A DNA stretch of 64,000 nt, from positions 248,001 through 312,000 of the forward strand of contig CATNEN010000026.1 in the NCBI GenBank assembly GCA_950097015.1, in the 5' to 3' direction. The notes under the pieces were generated by a model. It was not told the origin of the DNA. It saw nothing but the letters and a program-made list of their open reading frames with translations, and ran no database searches. The translations under genes and the position numbers were made by a program. This document shows, in pieces, positions 13,085 through 24,750 of this stretch (positions within the stretch are counted from its first letter, which is position 1; each line of letters starts with the position of its first letter). Origin of the DNA: Macrostomum hystrix. Taxonomy: Eukaryota > Animalia > Platyhelminthes.

Positions 13085-13701
13085 ACAAGACAATTAAGTG
13101 ACAATTTCGTTTGCTGCCATGAATTTTGACTAATCAATCATTTTAAACTTAGCACGAAATGCCATCATTTGCACGAATAGTAGTTTTTTATTTGCGTGAT
13201 TTTTTAGAAGCCATTATCATGTCTTGCTTTTTCACATGAATGCCAATTAATTACTTTTTATGTATTTGATTTGCACCCAACCAGGACTGCGCAGGAAAGA
13301 CCTGATAGATGGATCAGGTAGGTTGAGTAGATGGATCATTTTATTCTTTTTGAAGTGCAAATTTTGTGTAAGTGTAGCTATTGTTTGGAATGAAATAAAT
13401 GTTTTGCAAGCTAATGCTATTAAATCACTTATCAGTGCAGGTTGTGACGTCCGTTCAATGGGTTTCAGAGAGCCAGAAATGAGAGAAAAGCAAAAGAAAA
13501 GCATAATATGGAGTGGCCTCCAGAGGTAAGGGGGGGGTTGGGGAGCTTCCAGTCCAGATGCTATTTATAGAAGTCCTTGCCCTTGTCGAAGCGGTGAACT
13601 GAAGCACTAGGGAATTAAGTGCATTGCTGAAGGTCGCGAATTGTCTCCCTTGGGTTGAGGCTCGAAGTAAAAAGTCCAAAGGAACAAGTATTAGGCTACG
13701 G

Positions 13702-14280
13702 CAGGGGTGGGCAAACTTATTTGCTGGCGGGCCAAAGAGAGAGCCTAAAAGACGACAGCGGGCCGCATTGACTGTATAAATATGAGATAGGGGAGAGATG
13801 AGACACGGGAGAGATGAGACACAGGAAAGATGGGACACGCGAGAGATGAGACACGGGACAGATAAGACAGGGAAGAGATTAGACAGGGAAGAGATTAGAC
13901 ACGGGAGAAATTAGACAGGGAAGAGATTAGACACGGGAGAAATTAGACAGGGAAGAGATTAGACACGGGAGAAATTAGACACGGGAGAGATTAGACACGG
14001 GAGAAATTAGACACGGGAGAGATTAGACACGGGAGAAATTAGACAGGGAAGAGATTAGACACGGGAGAGATTAGACACGGGAGAGATTAGACACGGGAGA
14101 GATTAGACACGGGAGAGATAAGACAGGGAAGAGATTAGATACGAGAGCGATGAGACACGGGAGATATTAGACACGAGAGAGATGAAACAGGACACTGTAG
14201 ATGTCAGAAGGGGCAACGGGCCGGATTTGGGAGCTTCGAGGGCCGCATCTGGCCCGCGGGCCGGAGTTTGCCCACCCCTG
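13702..14280. mobile_element. hAT-type MITE with an 8-bp TSD and an internal 16-bp minisatellite
   Basis: TIR CAGGGGTGGGCAAAC / GTTTGCCCACCCCTG. Perfect 8-bp direct repeat ggctacgg at 13694-13701 and 14281-14288. The ggcccgcgggccg subterminal motif is typical of hAT MITEs. Confidence 0.92.
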
Positions 14281-15587
14281 GGCTACGGTGACAAGTGTTA
14301 TAGTAAAACTCACCCATTCGTAAAAGAAGGCTGCTTAGCTTTCCAGGTGTCCGAGAATTGCTTGCAAGAGAGGCTCTGGAAAGAACGCTCTGGATGGAGG
14401 GGGTAACAGAAAAAAAGCGGCGCGCAGGGAAGTTGTGGGCCAACTTTTGTGAGCTCTAGTGCTCAAGGTTCTTGGTCTCTCCTTCTCAGTTCTCAATATA
14501 AAGCTTCTCGTCTCGTCCCGGATTCGCCTACTGGGATGTGGCAGAGAAAACGTTTGAGAGGCGGGGCGGGGAGTGCGTTCCCCTATAGACAGGGAATGAA
14601 GGGAGATGGAATGCGTTAGAAGCGAAGGCGGTTTGAGCTCACGGGGACAGAGACGGGCTGGAGGGAAGAGAGGAATGGAGGGAGAGAACTGATTGGGACA
14701 TTGGGAGACGCTGCATCATCTGCTGGATGCATCGCCGCCGCTTATGGATCTGGCTTGAGACCCCCCCGGCCCCAAACTGGGGCGCAGCGCGCGCTCCTAT
14801 GAGGGATTTGAGACGGGGACTCAGAAAGGCGAGTACGGATGAAGTACACGAGGGAAGAGAGACAGAGGAAGATAGAGGAAAAGGAAGGTTGCCCCCCACC
14901 CCCTCAGGAGCGGCAGAATGAAAAGTAAAAAAGAGAAGGATAGCAGAGGGCTGGCGAGGCCTGAGTGATGGATTTCGAGATTGGGTGGGGGCGATGTTTG
15001 GGGAGATTTTTAGGGGCGAGTGGAACTCGGGGCAGGAAAGTGGGCAGAAAAAAATAGGAGGAAATGTCCTAGCGAGCTTAGCTTAGCAATCCAGCGGCTT
15101 TAGAATCCGCTAATCGCTCATATTTTTACCTGATGATTCGTTCGACAGCTCTCACAACCCATTAGCCTTTGCATTGGCTCGGCGGAGCCACACAGATGAG
15201 TCTCCATTGTTCTCCGAGCTGATTTTGATGAGGCATGATGGCCGGATATGCAATGCTTCACTTTGGAGCACTAAATGGATTATTGTCAGGACTACTATAT
15301 GACATTGCAGTGAGCGTGCGTATTCACATTCTCAATAAATTATGGACACGTGCTCTTCCCTGACAGCACTGGGGCACTGCTCATGCATATTCCATGCCGC
15401 GTCACCCCAAGCCTCGTTCTCAAGATAAAACGACAATCTGCAATCTTAGAAGACAATCTGCTTTAAGGGAAATATTTGCTTCTTACACTATACGGGATTC
15501 AAATTGTACAACTTGACTGCAAAAATGCCTCCTGCTGTGTTTGACAAAATTCAAGCATTTGCATACTCGTAATAATATGAGTTATGC

Positions 15588-15720
15588 GTCAGAGCGTCGG
15601 ACTCACGACTTGAAGGTCGGGGGTTCGATTCCCGATTTCAATGGAAACTTTGTGTCATCTAGCAATACACTTCACTTCACCCAGCTGCTAAATGTCACCA
15701 GCATTAGCTGGGGTAATTGA
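15588..15720 (+). mobile_element. SINE family A, 5' part (runs into a 15-bp minisatellite)
   Basis: gcgtcggactcacgacttgaaggtcgggggttcgattcccg is identical to the 18168-18480 head, and the cacccagctg core is present. Confidence 0.8.
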
Positions 15721-16030
15721 GTGAAGGGTCAGTGGGTGAAGGGTCAGTGGGTGAAGGGTCAGTGGGTGAAGGGTCAGTGGGTGAAGGGTCAGTGGGTGAA
15801 GGGTCAGTGGGTGAAGGGTCAGTGGGTGAAGGGTCAGTGGGTGAAGGGTCAGTGGGTGAAGGGTCAGTGGGTGAAGGGTCAGTGGGTGAAGGGTCAGTGG
15901 GTGAAGGGTCAGTGGGTGAAGGGTCAGTGGGTGAAGGGTCAGTGGGTGAAGGGTCAGTGGGTGAAGGGTCAGTGGGTGAAGGGTCAGTGGGTGAAGGGTC
16001 AGTGGGTGAAGGGTCAGTGGGTGAAGGGTC
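15718..16030. repeat. 15-bp minisatellite (GTGGGTGAAGGGTCA)n
   Basis: Perfect array adjoining a SINE A copy. Confidence 0.97.
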
Positions 16031-16422
16031 CCAGTTGTGACAGCGAAGAGCAACAGTTATAACCATGTACTTCTACACTTTTGCAGCCATCATACTTCAA
16101 ATTTATTTGCAGCCTTACTTTTGTATTCTATTAGTGGTGCATAATATTTGGATAAATTTCCTAGCGGCATAGAAAGGACCAGATTTATCTGGCAGTCCAG
16201 TCTGGAAAAGTTCTGAATTCCGTAATTCAGTTTCGAAGATTTATCCCGGCTGCAGATAAAACTAATATTACGATGAAATAGCAACGAAGACCACATAAAG
16301 TCTCGGTTTTTTATTTTCGTGAAGTCCAACTTCTTTATTTTTGAGGACTTACTAAAGGATAAAGAAACGACAAAGAACTGAAGTGAAGTTGTTACTAGGC
16401 GAGTGGGGTCGTGCAAAAAACC

Positions 16423-16987
16423 TCAGAGAGGCACATTGTCCAGATTGTCGTAAAAGCTTTCACTCTTGAATTGATTTTCAAGCGAATCTGGTTCTAAAAC
16501 AGGTTCAGGCTTCAGATCTAACCTCGCATCCGCATCCGCATCCGCATTTGCATCCGCATCCGCATCCGCATCCGCATCCGCATCCGCATCCGCATCCGCA
16601 TCCGCCTCAGGCTCCATTGGTGGAGGCGTCCCCAGCGGCGGAATCTCCAGTGGTAGAACCTCCAGCTGCGGCGGCGGAGTGGTCGTCGTGGTCGGCGGCG
16701 GTGGAGGCAGCACAAGAACAGAGCCGCCGAATGCGTCCCTAGCTAGAGAGGCCGGGATGTGCAGGACGGCCTGCTGGCCTTCATCCTGTCAAGTGAATCA
16801 AAACAAAATAACCTTTATCGGTAATGAGTACTATATAATTCCATTCTCCTGTACAGGCTAGTCCATGCAAACCCACCTGGTGATCAGCGTCATCATAGAT
16901 GACACAGAATGCGTGCACAAATATGAATGCGGAGATGAGGATTAGCGTCAGGCCGCCTCCGGTGGAGCCGACTCCGATGGGCATCAT
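16423..16987 (-). CDS. Orphan secreted acidic Pro/Thr/(Asp-Ala)n protein, 2 exons (16987-16877, 16785-16423), 157 aa
   Basis: ATG plus a hydrophobic signal-like segment (LTLILISAFIFVHAFC). Donor CAG|gtgggt and acceptor ttgacag|GAT give a phase-0 join into DEGQQAVL..PPPPPTTTTTPPP..(DA)n..DNLDNVPL*. Confidence 0.65.
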
Positions 16988-17289
16988 GACACTGTGTTAA
17001 TGGATGGAATGATGAAAAAATTGTCATTTGAAAAAAACGCTCTTTGTTACTAAGAGTAGTTCAGTGTCTAAAAGCTATCATTTTAGTTATCCTAGTTGCA
17101 TATTTACCATAACTGACCTGTTAATGCTCGCCTGGTCGCTTTTACAATGTATGCCATCGTCTGAATCGCATCTGAAGCATGGAGTTAGGTTCGAGATCAG
17201 CAGCTGCTATCAGAGAACACGCTATTTTTACCCCTTATGAAACACCACAAAATAAACACCCTTATGTATATTTTAAATACCCACTGCCT

Positions 17290-18510
17290 GATTTTAAGTA
17301 TAGAATAATACCCCCCTGATTTCGTTTCTTTGGCCTAGGAAACGCTGAGGACGCGTTTCTTGGCCGAGGCGAAGCCGAGGCCCAGAAGCGCAGTCCGAAG
17401 CCGTTCCTAGGCCATAGACAACGATTTCATGGGGGTATTATAGTATTTAATCCTAAAGCTTGGCCCGGCTCACGAGATTGCAAACCTAAAACTGTTTACA
17501 GCAACTGTGACCATAGACTATATGTTTAATCGGCCTAGGCCGTTAAATCATTTAACGGCATAGGCCGATTAAATAATAAGTATAAGTTATCATCCACTTT
17601 TTTTATTTATTTTGGCCGGGAACGGCTGAGGACTCGTTAATTGGCCGAGGCTTCGCCTCGTTTGCAAGACGTTTTCGGCCATAGATAAGTCAAACAAGTG
17701 GGTGATAATGTATTTATTCCACAGTTGAAGCCAGATAATTGTCACCGGACCAGATAAATGTTTATCTGTCCCGGCCAGATAAAATCCAATTTCGTCGTTA
17801 ATGGACGTTTAATGGGCGCATTCTGAGCCACGAATCTATCGTCTATGGAAATGCGAAGTCTTGAACCAGTGTGCCATATAATGGTCCCGAAAACGGGGCC
17901 CATTAAACCATAAAATAGGCGCCAAACCAAATCGAATTTCATATAAAATAGTGGCTGCTCAATTTGCAGTCTATGGTTAAAAAGTCTGAGGCTGCGTTTA
18001 ATGGTCCGAGGCGAGCGAAGCGAGCCGAGGACTATTGAGCGTGGCCGAGGACTTTTTAACCACAGAATGCCAATTAAGCAGCCACTATAAATAAATACAT
18101 TTATCTGGTCTATGGGACAATCCAACTGGGGAATAAATGCACAGAATTAATAGTCAATTGGCCGGGCTAATAATAATAATAATATTAATTAATAATAATT
18201 TATTACACCTGCCCCAATAGGGTCAGATGTGCAGCCGACAGCACAGCCGCAGCTAATGCGCGGCGCATCTGAAGGCTGCGTACGGCTGTTCAGTCCATGG
18301 ACTGGGGGGACGCCACACCCACCTTCAATTATTTCAGCTAATGCTGGTACCCATTTAACAGCTGGGTGAACTGAAGCAATGCAGAGTTAAGTGTCTTGCT
18401 AAAGGACACAAATTGTTCCAGTGGAGACGGGAATCGAACCCCCGACCTTCAAGTCGTGAGTCCGACGCCCTAACCACTAACCGGGCCAAACTGGGGATTA
18501 AATACCCAAA
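17290..18510. mobile_element. Non-autonomous DNA-element (MITE-like) family, nested, with ccatagac / ggccgaggcgaagccgagg motifs; hosts the family A SINE
   Basis: Segments are near-identical to the reverse complement of 24500-24750 (e.g. aagtatagaataatacccccctgatttcgtttctttggcct..., ccatagactatatgtttaat). Many internal hairpins. Confidence 0.6.
18168..18480 (-). mobile_element. tRNA-derived SINE, family A, near full length with a 6-bp TSD
   Basis: Head gttagtggttagggcgtcggactcacgac...ggttcgattccc (A/B boxes), central cacccagctgttaaatgggtacc core and (ATT)n tail. Flanked by ccgggc at 18162-18167 and 18481-18486. Confidence 0.85.
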
Positions 18511-19205
18511 CCGAATGACCGATTTTCGTGAAATTCCAACAACTGAATCAAAATTTTTCGCACTTTACGATGAACTAACTTTCAAAGCCATCCGACGTCA
18601 GAATCATCCAGATATTCAGTGATTCTTTGCCGAAAACCCTGCTGACAAGGACGAAAACCTCTATGGCGTATTCATATTAGTTCAAAAATGAAAAAGTTAG
18701 CAATTTAATTAATACCAAATAGTTCAAAATGACATGGTTTTGTGAAGGTTTTGTGAGCAGAAAAATTATGCCTAAATTGATGTTTTTTCACCAGACACCC
18801 CGATTAGAATCGTTGAATATCTCGACGATGCCGATGTTTTGTGATTCTGGAAGTTGTTTCATTATAAAGAGCGGAAAATTTTAGTTCGTGATCTGGATTT
18901 TAATGGCGATTGGTTAAATATTTTTTGAGATACAGAAAAAAGAAAATGTGGGTATTCGAAATACCCAGTGGTTTTTCTGCTCTTAGAGATTTTCGTCTTA
19001 TTGAACAGGATTGAAGTATTTAAACCACTCTACGGTCGGTCAAAAGCTTTGTACTCGTATTACTAACCAAGCGTAGTCATGAAATCCAAATATACAGTGG
19101 TTCGGCAGTAACCAAACAGTTCATTCTTTTTAACTTTCCTGGCTCTGCAGGTCGATAAATTTTTACTAGTTTCTTATCTGCCCTTTGCTGAACACCACAA
19201 GGCTA

Positions 19206-20060
19206 TCAGCAATGGAACTGTGGAATGGAACTGGATCTGGCAGGCAGCAAGTCACGGATGTCGGGGTATACCCGAAGTGTCTTTATTCTGGAGAGAATTT
19301 CTTTCACTACTGATTTACCGTTAAAAACTTTGGAAGAAGTGCTAAGGTCTTAATAATGACGTTAAGGACGTTAAGGACGCTAAGGGCGTTAAGGACGCTA
19401 AAGAAGTTAAGGACGCTACAGACGCTAAGGACGCTAATGGCGTTAAGGACGCTAAAGACGTTAAGGACGCTAAAGACGTTAAGGACGCTACGGACGTTAA
19501 GGACGCTAACGACGTTAAGGACGCTAATGAAATTAAAGACGTTAAGTACGTTAAGGATGCTAAGGACGTTAAGCACGTTAATGACGTTAAGCACGTTAAG
19601 GATACTAATGAGGCTAAGGACGTTAATGAAGCTAAGGACGCTAATGATGTTAAGGAGGCTAATGATGTTAAGGAGGCTAATGATGTTAAGGACGCTTAGG
19701 ACGCTAAGGGCTCTAAGGACGTTAAAGAACGCTAAGGATGCTAGAACAAAAGTGAATTTCGCTTGCTCACGTGTGCAGGTACTTGTTAATCTGCAGGCAG
19801 ATGATGCCCACCAGAGTCAAGATGACGCCGCACAGAGTCAGGGCGCCTGACAGGAACTGTGGTAGCAACCAGCTGCGGCTCTTCAGCTGGTAGGTATCGC
19901 CGAGCCGGAACCGGTGCAGGTAGCGCACGCTGCCATGGCCGGACATGTCAGGCGGCTCCATCGGATAGAAGCGGACCCCGGCGCCGATGCAACGGTGCCA
20001 GCAGGAGCGTAGGCGACCAGAACCGCTGCTCACCCCGGTTGCTGAGGCGGCGGTTTGCAT
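19206..20060 (-). CDS. Putative small single-pass membrane protein, exons 20060-19771 and 19287-19206 (5' end uncertain)
   Basis: GC-rich frame with the TM segment WLLPQFLSGALTLCGVILTLVGIICL. Donor AC|gtgagc and acceptor tctccag|A give a phase-2 join to IKTLRVYPDIRDLLPARSSSIPQFHC*. The intron holds a degenerate 9-bp repeat. Confidence 0.5.
19358..19745. repeat. Degenerate 9-bp repeat (gttaaggac/gctaaggac)
   Basis: Visible 9-bp periodicity. Confidence 0.9.
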
Positions 20061-21821
20061 GGCACTGAAGCAGCTGGGATCTTGGTTTTGGAGGGCAATC
20101 GGTTCGCAAATTAGGGATCGGTTTGTGATTCGATGGTCAGATGGTCAAGAAGCTTCCTTGGGACCAGATGTGACCCTTTGGTCATTTTGGAAATCAGGAG
20201 TTACCTGGGGATCAAGAGTTACCTGAGGTAACTGAATCTTCTAACAAGTTACCTGATGTCAGATATCACTCGAGGTGCACAAATATTGTGTACAATAAGC
20301 AGGTATCCTTTTAGAAGTCTGGTTAAAAAAATAGAAATTTTCTTCTAAATGACTGCAAGGTCAATTAGGTCTTTTTGTTTGTAAGACCTACCTACCTACC
20401 TGTGTGCCAAATTTCGAAGAAGAAGAACTAAGTTAGTAAGAAAATATATTGATCTTGAAAACCTTCTTAGCTGAATAATCAATTTGCCTATTTTACTTAA
20501 TAGCGTCGCGTCTCAACAACTTGGTGTTTAACGTTCAGCGCACCTGTTCGCAACGTCCAAAGCTTTGCTTCACTTGCCTCTGACGCTACCAACAGCCAGC
20601 CTAGAAATGAGAGAAAGTCACAAACCCACATACTATAGGAACGAAATTCGGCGCCATGATGGACGAGAGCGTGGGCAGGGAGAATGGGAGCAGGGAGTGT
20701 CCAGCTGCACACTCGGCGATGGACAGCGGGGAGGGGTCGAACAGGATGAGGTTTTGCACCTTGGCGCAAAAATTTCGCTGCTTCCGCCCAGTTCGAGGCC
20801 CAAACCGAATCGCAAGACAATTTTTACAGCCCTGAACTGCTGCCTGGGCCACATCTTGCCGCCTCAATTATTTGTGGCTTATTTATTTAACAGGGTCCTT
20901 CATGGAATAATAAACCACTGTGTCATACGGGCCTTTGCTAAATGTCTGCTGCTTATTGCTAATTTCATTTGCTCATAATGTTCATTTCGCGATTAATCAG
21001 GTTAGCTTACTCTCAGGACTTTTGGCTTCATCTCTCTCTATCCTAAGCCCCATCCCATCTATGATCCTCTTGTCTTCTCCCACTGTCTTTCTCCGCCTCT
21101 CTTCTCCTCGCCCCGCCTCCTCGCCTCCCCTGCCTCCTCTGCCCCCCTCTCTGCTGTTTCCTATTTCTTCATTCTGCTAACTATCCCAGTCTTCTTGACT
21201 TTCCTGTCTGTCTCTCGCCGATCCATTTTCGCGAATTTTTACGTAGGCAGAAGTTTCTGCAGTTGCTAAACAAAGTTTAAAATAAATTTCTTCCTTTTTT
21301 CCATTCCTCTCATTGACAGGCTTTCTTTAATTGGACAGTCCAACCAGTCCAACTCCCCAACTATCAGCGCTTGATTGCACTTCACAGAAGGGCACCGACA
21401 GTTGTGCAATTTCGCCAAAACCTTCAAAACTGCTTACGAAATGTAAAAATGTTTTTTTTTCTTACAAGCTCACAGACAGAAACTTAATGAGAGGCCCAAA
21501 CTGGAATGGACTGGCTAGCGGTCTATTGTGCGGCCCTTCTCTTAACTAAACTCACCCATGCAGCAGCCATTGCGGCGGTCTCATTTGACAAAGCTTTCAA
21601 CGCTCTCAATGGTCCATCAAACTGTCCTTCTCCATCTTTTCTCTATACGCTTTTAGTTTTGCTTTTCGCTGCTCTTTTGTTGTTAGAAGTTTTTTCCGCT
21701 CTGAAGTGCAAACTTTTCTATTACTTTTTTAATCATTTATATTCATATATATCGTCTGATTAAACTTGAACTCTCAGCGAAGGGCGAGAATTTTACAGAA
21801 TAAAATAAACGGAAATATTTT

Positions 21822-22140
21822 CAGGAGAGCTGTGGGCAGTGACACATCATTTACGCTCGTAGTGAGACTAGACCCGCAGCCAGCGAGGAGGCAATTCTGC
21901 CCATTCCGCTGACTCCTGAGAACACACTCACACAGATACTGAACGCAGGTACACACTAACACAGGGTTGTGTACATCTGCCCTGACTTTATCATCGTCAG
22001 GCACTGTGCTTGCACAGATGGGATTGCACATTAATTTCTCCAAGCCTTCTCCCCGCGGCTGCGCCACAAATGAATGTGGCTTCGCCACAAGCTCAGGGAC
22101 CTCAGTGCAAGAGGCACACGCTCACACCGCTTTGCCACTT
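21822..22140 (-). mobile_element. SINE family B copy (diverged)
   Basis: Shares gacccgcagccagcgaggaggcaattctgccc...gtgtacatctgccctgact...atgtggc with the other copies. Confidence 0.8.
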
Positions 22141-22925
22141 ACTCAATGCAACAGATTTAACAATTAGTGAATAAGCAAAAGAAACAGTCGTGAGTTGTGT
22201 TTAAAAATAGATTCCCAACCCCCAAAATGCTGATATTTTTAGCCGCTAGTTGACGTCAATGCGAATTTTTTTCTATCCGCCTCTCTCTTTGTGTACAAAG
22301 TCGTTTGAACACTTGCCTTGGCTTGCCAACTTCTGAGAACTATACACGCAGTGCTGGAATTGGTCAGAGAAAGGGAGGAAAGACAGTGACAGAGGGACTA
22401 TACCGCTGCGGGCACATAACAATGGCACGTTGGAACTCCACTTACGGCCGCGTGCCCCACGTACGATGGATGTACGCCCGACCTCTGCCCGCTCGAACTA
22501 ACAAATAACAAGAGAAGGTAGGGTAAGAAAGTTGATGGTGAAAATAGCTTGACCACCTTGTCATAGAGTATAGTAAGAGAAACCCTTGCTCATACACGAA
22601 ACAACACTTACTTGAAGTAAGCCATTCTGCATTGTGTTTCTTGCAACTCGTCAATCTCTATAGAGTGTACGCACACTTTGAGCACAATCTCAGGCTGTTA
22701 TTGCTATTCCATCTGCACCCAGAAACCATCCAACCAGCCAATTTCTGGCTCCTATCTCAACCAGAGTTTTCTGTCTGCCCAATACCTGCTATTCGGTCTC
22801 TCAGAGAAGCCAGAGTGGTGAAGAAGCGGTAAAATAGGCGGCAGAGCAGCCATACTGGCAGTTGGTGGCAGCTCAGCTGATTCGTTTGTTTTCCAGCGAA
22901 GACCGCCCGAAGTTAGCCCCGCGCA

Positions 22926-23711
22926 ATGTCGAAGCACAAGCTGAGCCAGGCCCAGCTCACCGAGTACAGGGAGGCCTTCAGAATGTTCGACAAGAACGGC
23001 GACGGCCGCATCAGCGCGGAAGAGTTGAAAATTGTCATGACCAACCTCGGACAGAATCCCAGCTCAGACGACATCAAGGTTGGTTTGCACTCCCCCTGTC
23101 GTCGTCTACTTTCAAATAGCTGGAAGCAAAAATGTTGTTGGCAATAATGAATATAAATTACACCTGCCCCAAAAAACCGCACAAACGCTTGAAGCCTGTT
23201 CAGTCCATGGACTGGGGAGTGGCGCCACACCTTCTCAATTACCGCAGTTGATGCTGGTAACAATTTAACAGCTGAATATACTGAAGCAATGCGGATTTAA
23301 GTGCCGGCCATAATGGGAATCGAACCCTCGACCCCTTATCGAACCCTTTTGTATTAGCAGCTAACGGGCCTGATTAGTTTCGCAACCACCGCAACTCCAT
23401 CACAGGGCATGATCAAGGACGCCGACCTGGACGGCAACGGCACCATTGACTTCGAAGAGTTCATCAGCATGATGGAGAGCCGAAGCTCCGGTCCTGCCAG
23501 CGACAGCGACCTGCAAGAGCTGTTCAAAGCCTTCGACAAGAACGGAGACGGCCTGATCAGCCCGGAGGAGCTCCGGAGCGTGATGAGCGGCCTGGGCGAA
23601 GACATTTCCGAGGAGGACGTGCGCCAGATGATCCGGCAGGCGGACACCAACCGCGATGGCTACATCGACTTCTCGGAGTTTCGGCGCCTGCTGGACACGC
23701 TGGGGATCTAA
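22926..23711 (+). CDS. Calmodulin-like protein, 4 EF-hands, 152 aa; exons 22926-23078 and 23406-23711
   Basis: EF loops [36 protein letters not shown] and [12 protein letters not shown]. The join AAG|gt ... cacag|GGC is phase 0. Too divergent to be canonical calmodulin. Confidence 0.93.
23150..23335 (-). mobile_element. SINE family A fragment in the calmodulin-like intron
   Basis: ctgttcagtccatggactggg...aatgctggta...aacagctg...ctgaagcaatgc...gggaatcgaaccc is shared with the full-length copy. Confidence 0.7.
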
Positions 23712-24494
23712 GCGAGCGGGTTCCAATTTTACTGTCTTGATCCCATCAACAAATTGCTGTATTCTCTCTCCAGCTTTCCATTGTTGTCCACTCAAGCTCC
23801 ATATTTTTATATCCTTTTTTTTCGGTAGGCCGGATTGATATATTGTACAGCCGCCACCCAATTAGTGGCGATAGGTGATTTAAATTTAAACATTTAGGTC
23901 CAACTCATACTACTGTTGATGTTGAGTAGTTATATTTCCTATTGATTCGCCAAACTGCTTTTTCATTAGTATTTTTGTATTATATGTCAAAAGAGAACAA
24001 TAGAATCATTTTCTTTTTAGGGCCTTAGGAGCGAGAATTGTGGTCTGATTGGCTAGGAGGCGTACACGGAATCTCCACACCGAGTGTACACAGCCAAAGC
24101 CTCCAAGCCAATCAGAAAGGCTTTATTGCCTTTATTTGCGAGTAAGACAATGACTGTAGCATTCAAACAGTGCGAGAAATGCCTGAAAAAAGCATTAGTG
24201 ACAAAGCGGATGAAAGACTTGAGTAAAGAAACATTCTTACAAACTTTTAAACGAAAATCTGAAACTTAGCGCTCACATCCCTCATACCACAGAGAAAAAA
24301 TGGATTTCTGTATTTGTATAGATGAATTTATTTATTGAACTTAGCCGTTATTAAAATATTTCTTTCGAACATGTTAAATAAACCAGCTATCTGTTAATAT
24401 TAGAAGCTTCTTTGATATAACATTGTTGTCTTTATTGTCTTCATCATCATAATGAATTTAGATTTCATGCAGTTCGTTTATCTGCATAGAAACA

Positions 24495-24750
24495 CCATGG
24501 GGATATTTAATCCCCAGCTTGGCCCGGCCTATTGGCTATTAATCTATGTATTTATTATTTAACTGGCCTAAGCCAGTCATTTAACGGCCTAGGCCTATTA
24601 AACATATAGTCTATGGTCACAGTTGCTGTAAACAGTTTTAGTAGTGCAATCTCGGGAGCCGGGCCGGGCTTCGCCTCGGCCAAGAAACGCGTCCTCAGCC
24701 GTTCGTAGGCCAAAGAAACGAAATCAGGGGGGTATTATTCTATACTTAAT
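24495..24750. mobile_element. Second, shorter copy of the same MITE-like family in inverted orientation
   Basis: Reverse-complement match to 17290-17600 and 18480-18510. Confidence 0.6.

Larger units (their letters stand above)
10938..13529 (+). mobile_element. Putative non-autonomous THAP/P-like DNA transposon bounded by 18-bp terminal inverted repeats
   Basis: ttaccactggaggccact (10938-10955) versus agtggcctccagaggtaa (13512-13529) is a 17/18 inverted match enclosing the transposase remnant. No 7-8 bp TSD is visible. Confidence 0.5.

Noticed and set aside
18410-18480. tRNA gene (CAC anticodon-like)
   Set aside because: No acceptor stem closure; it continues into a SINE body and (ATT)n tail.
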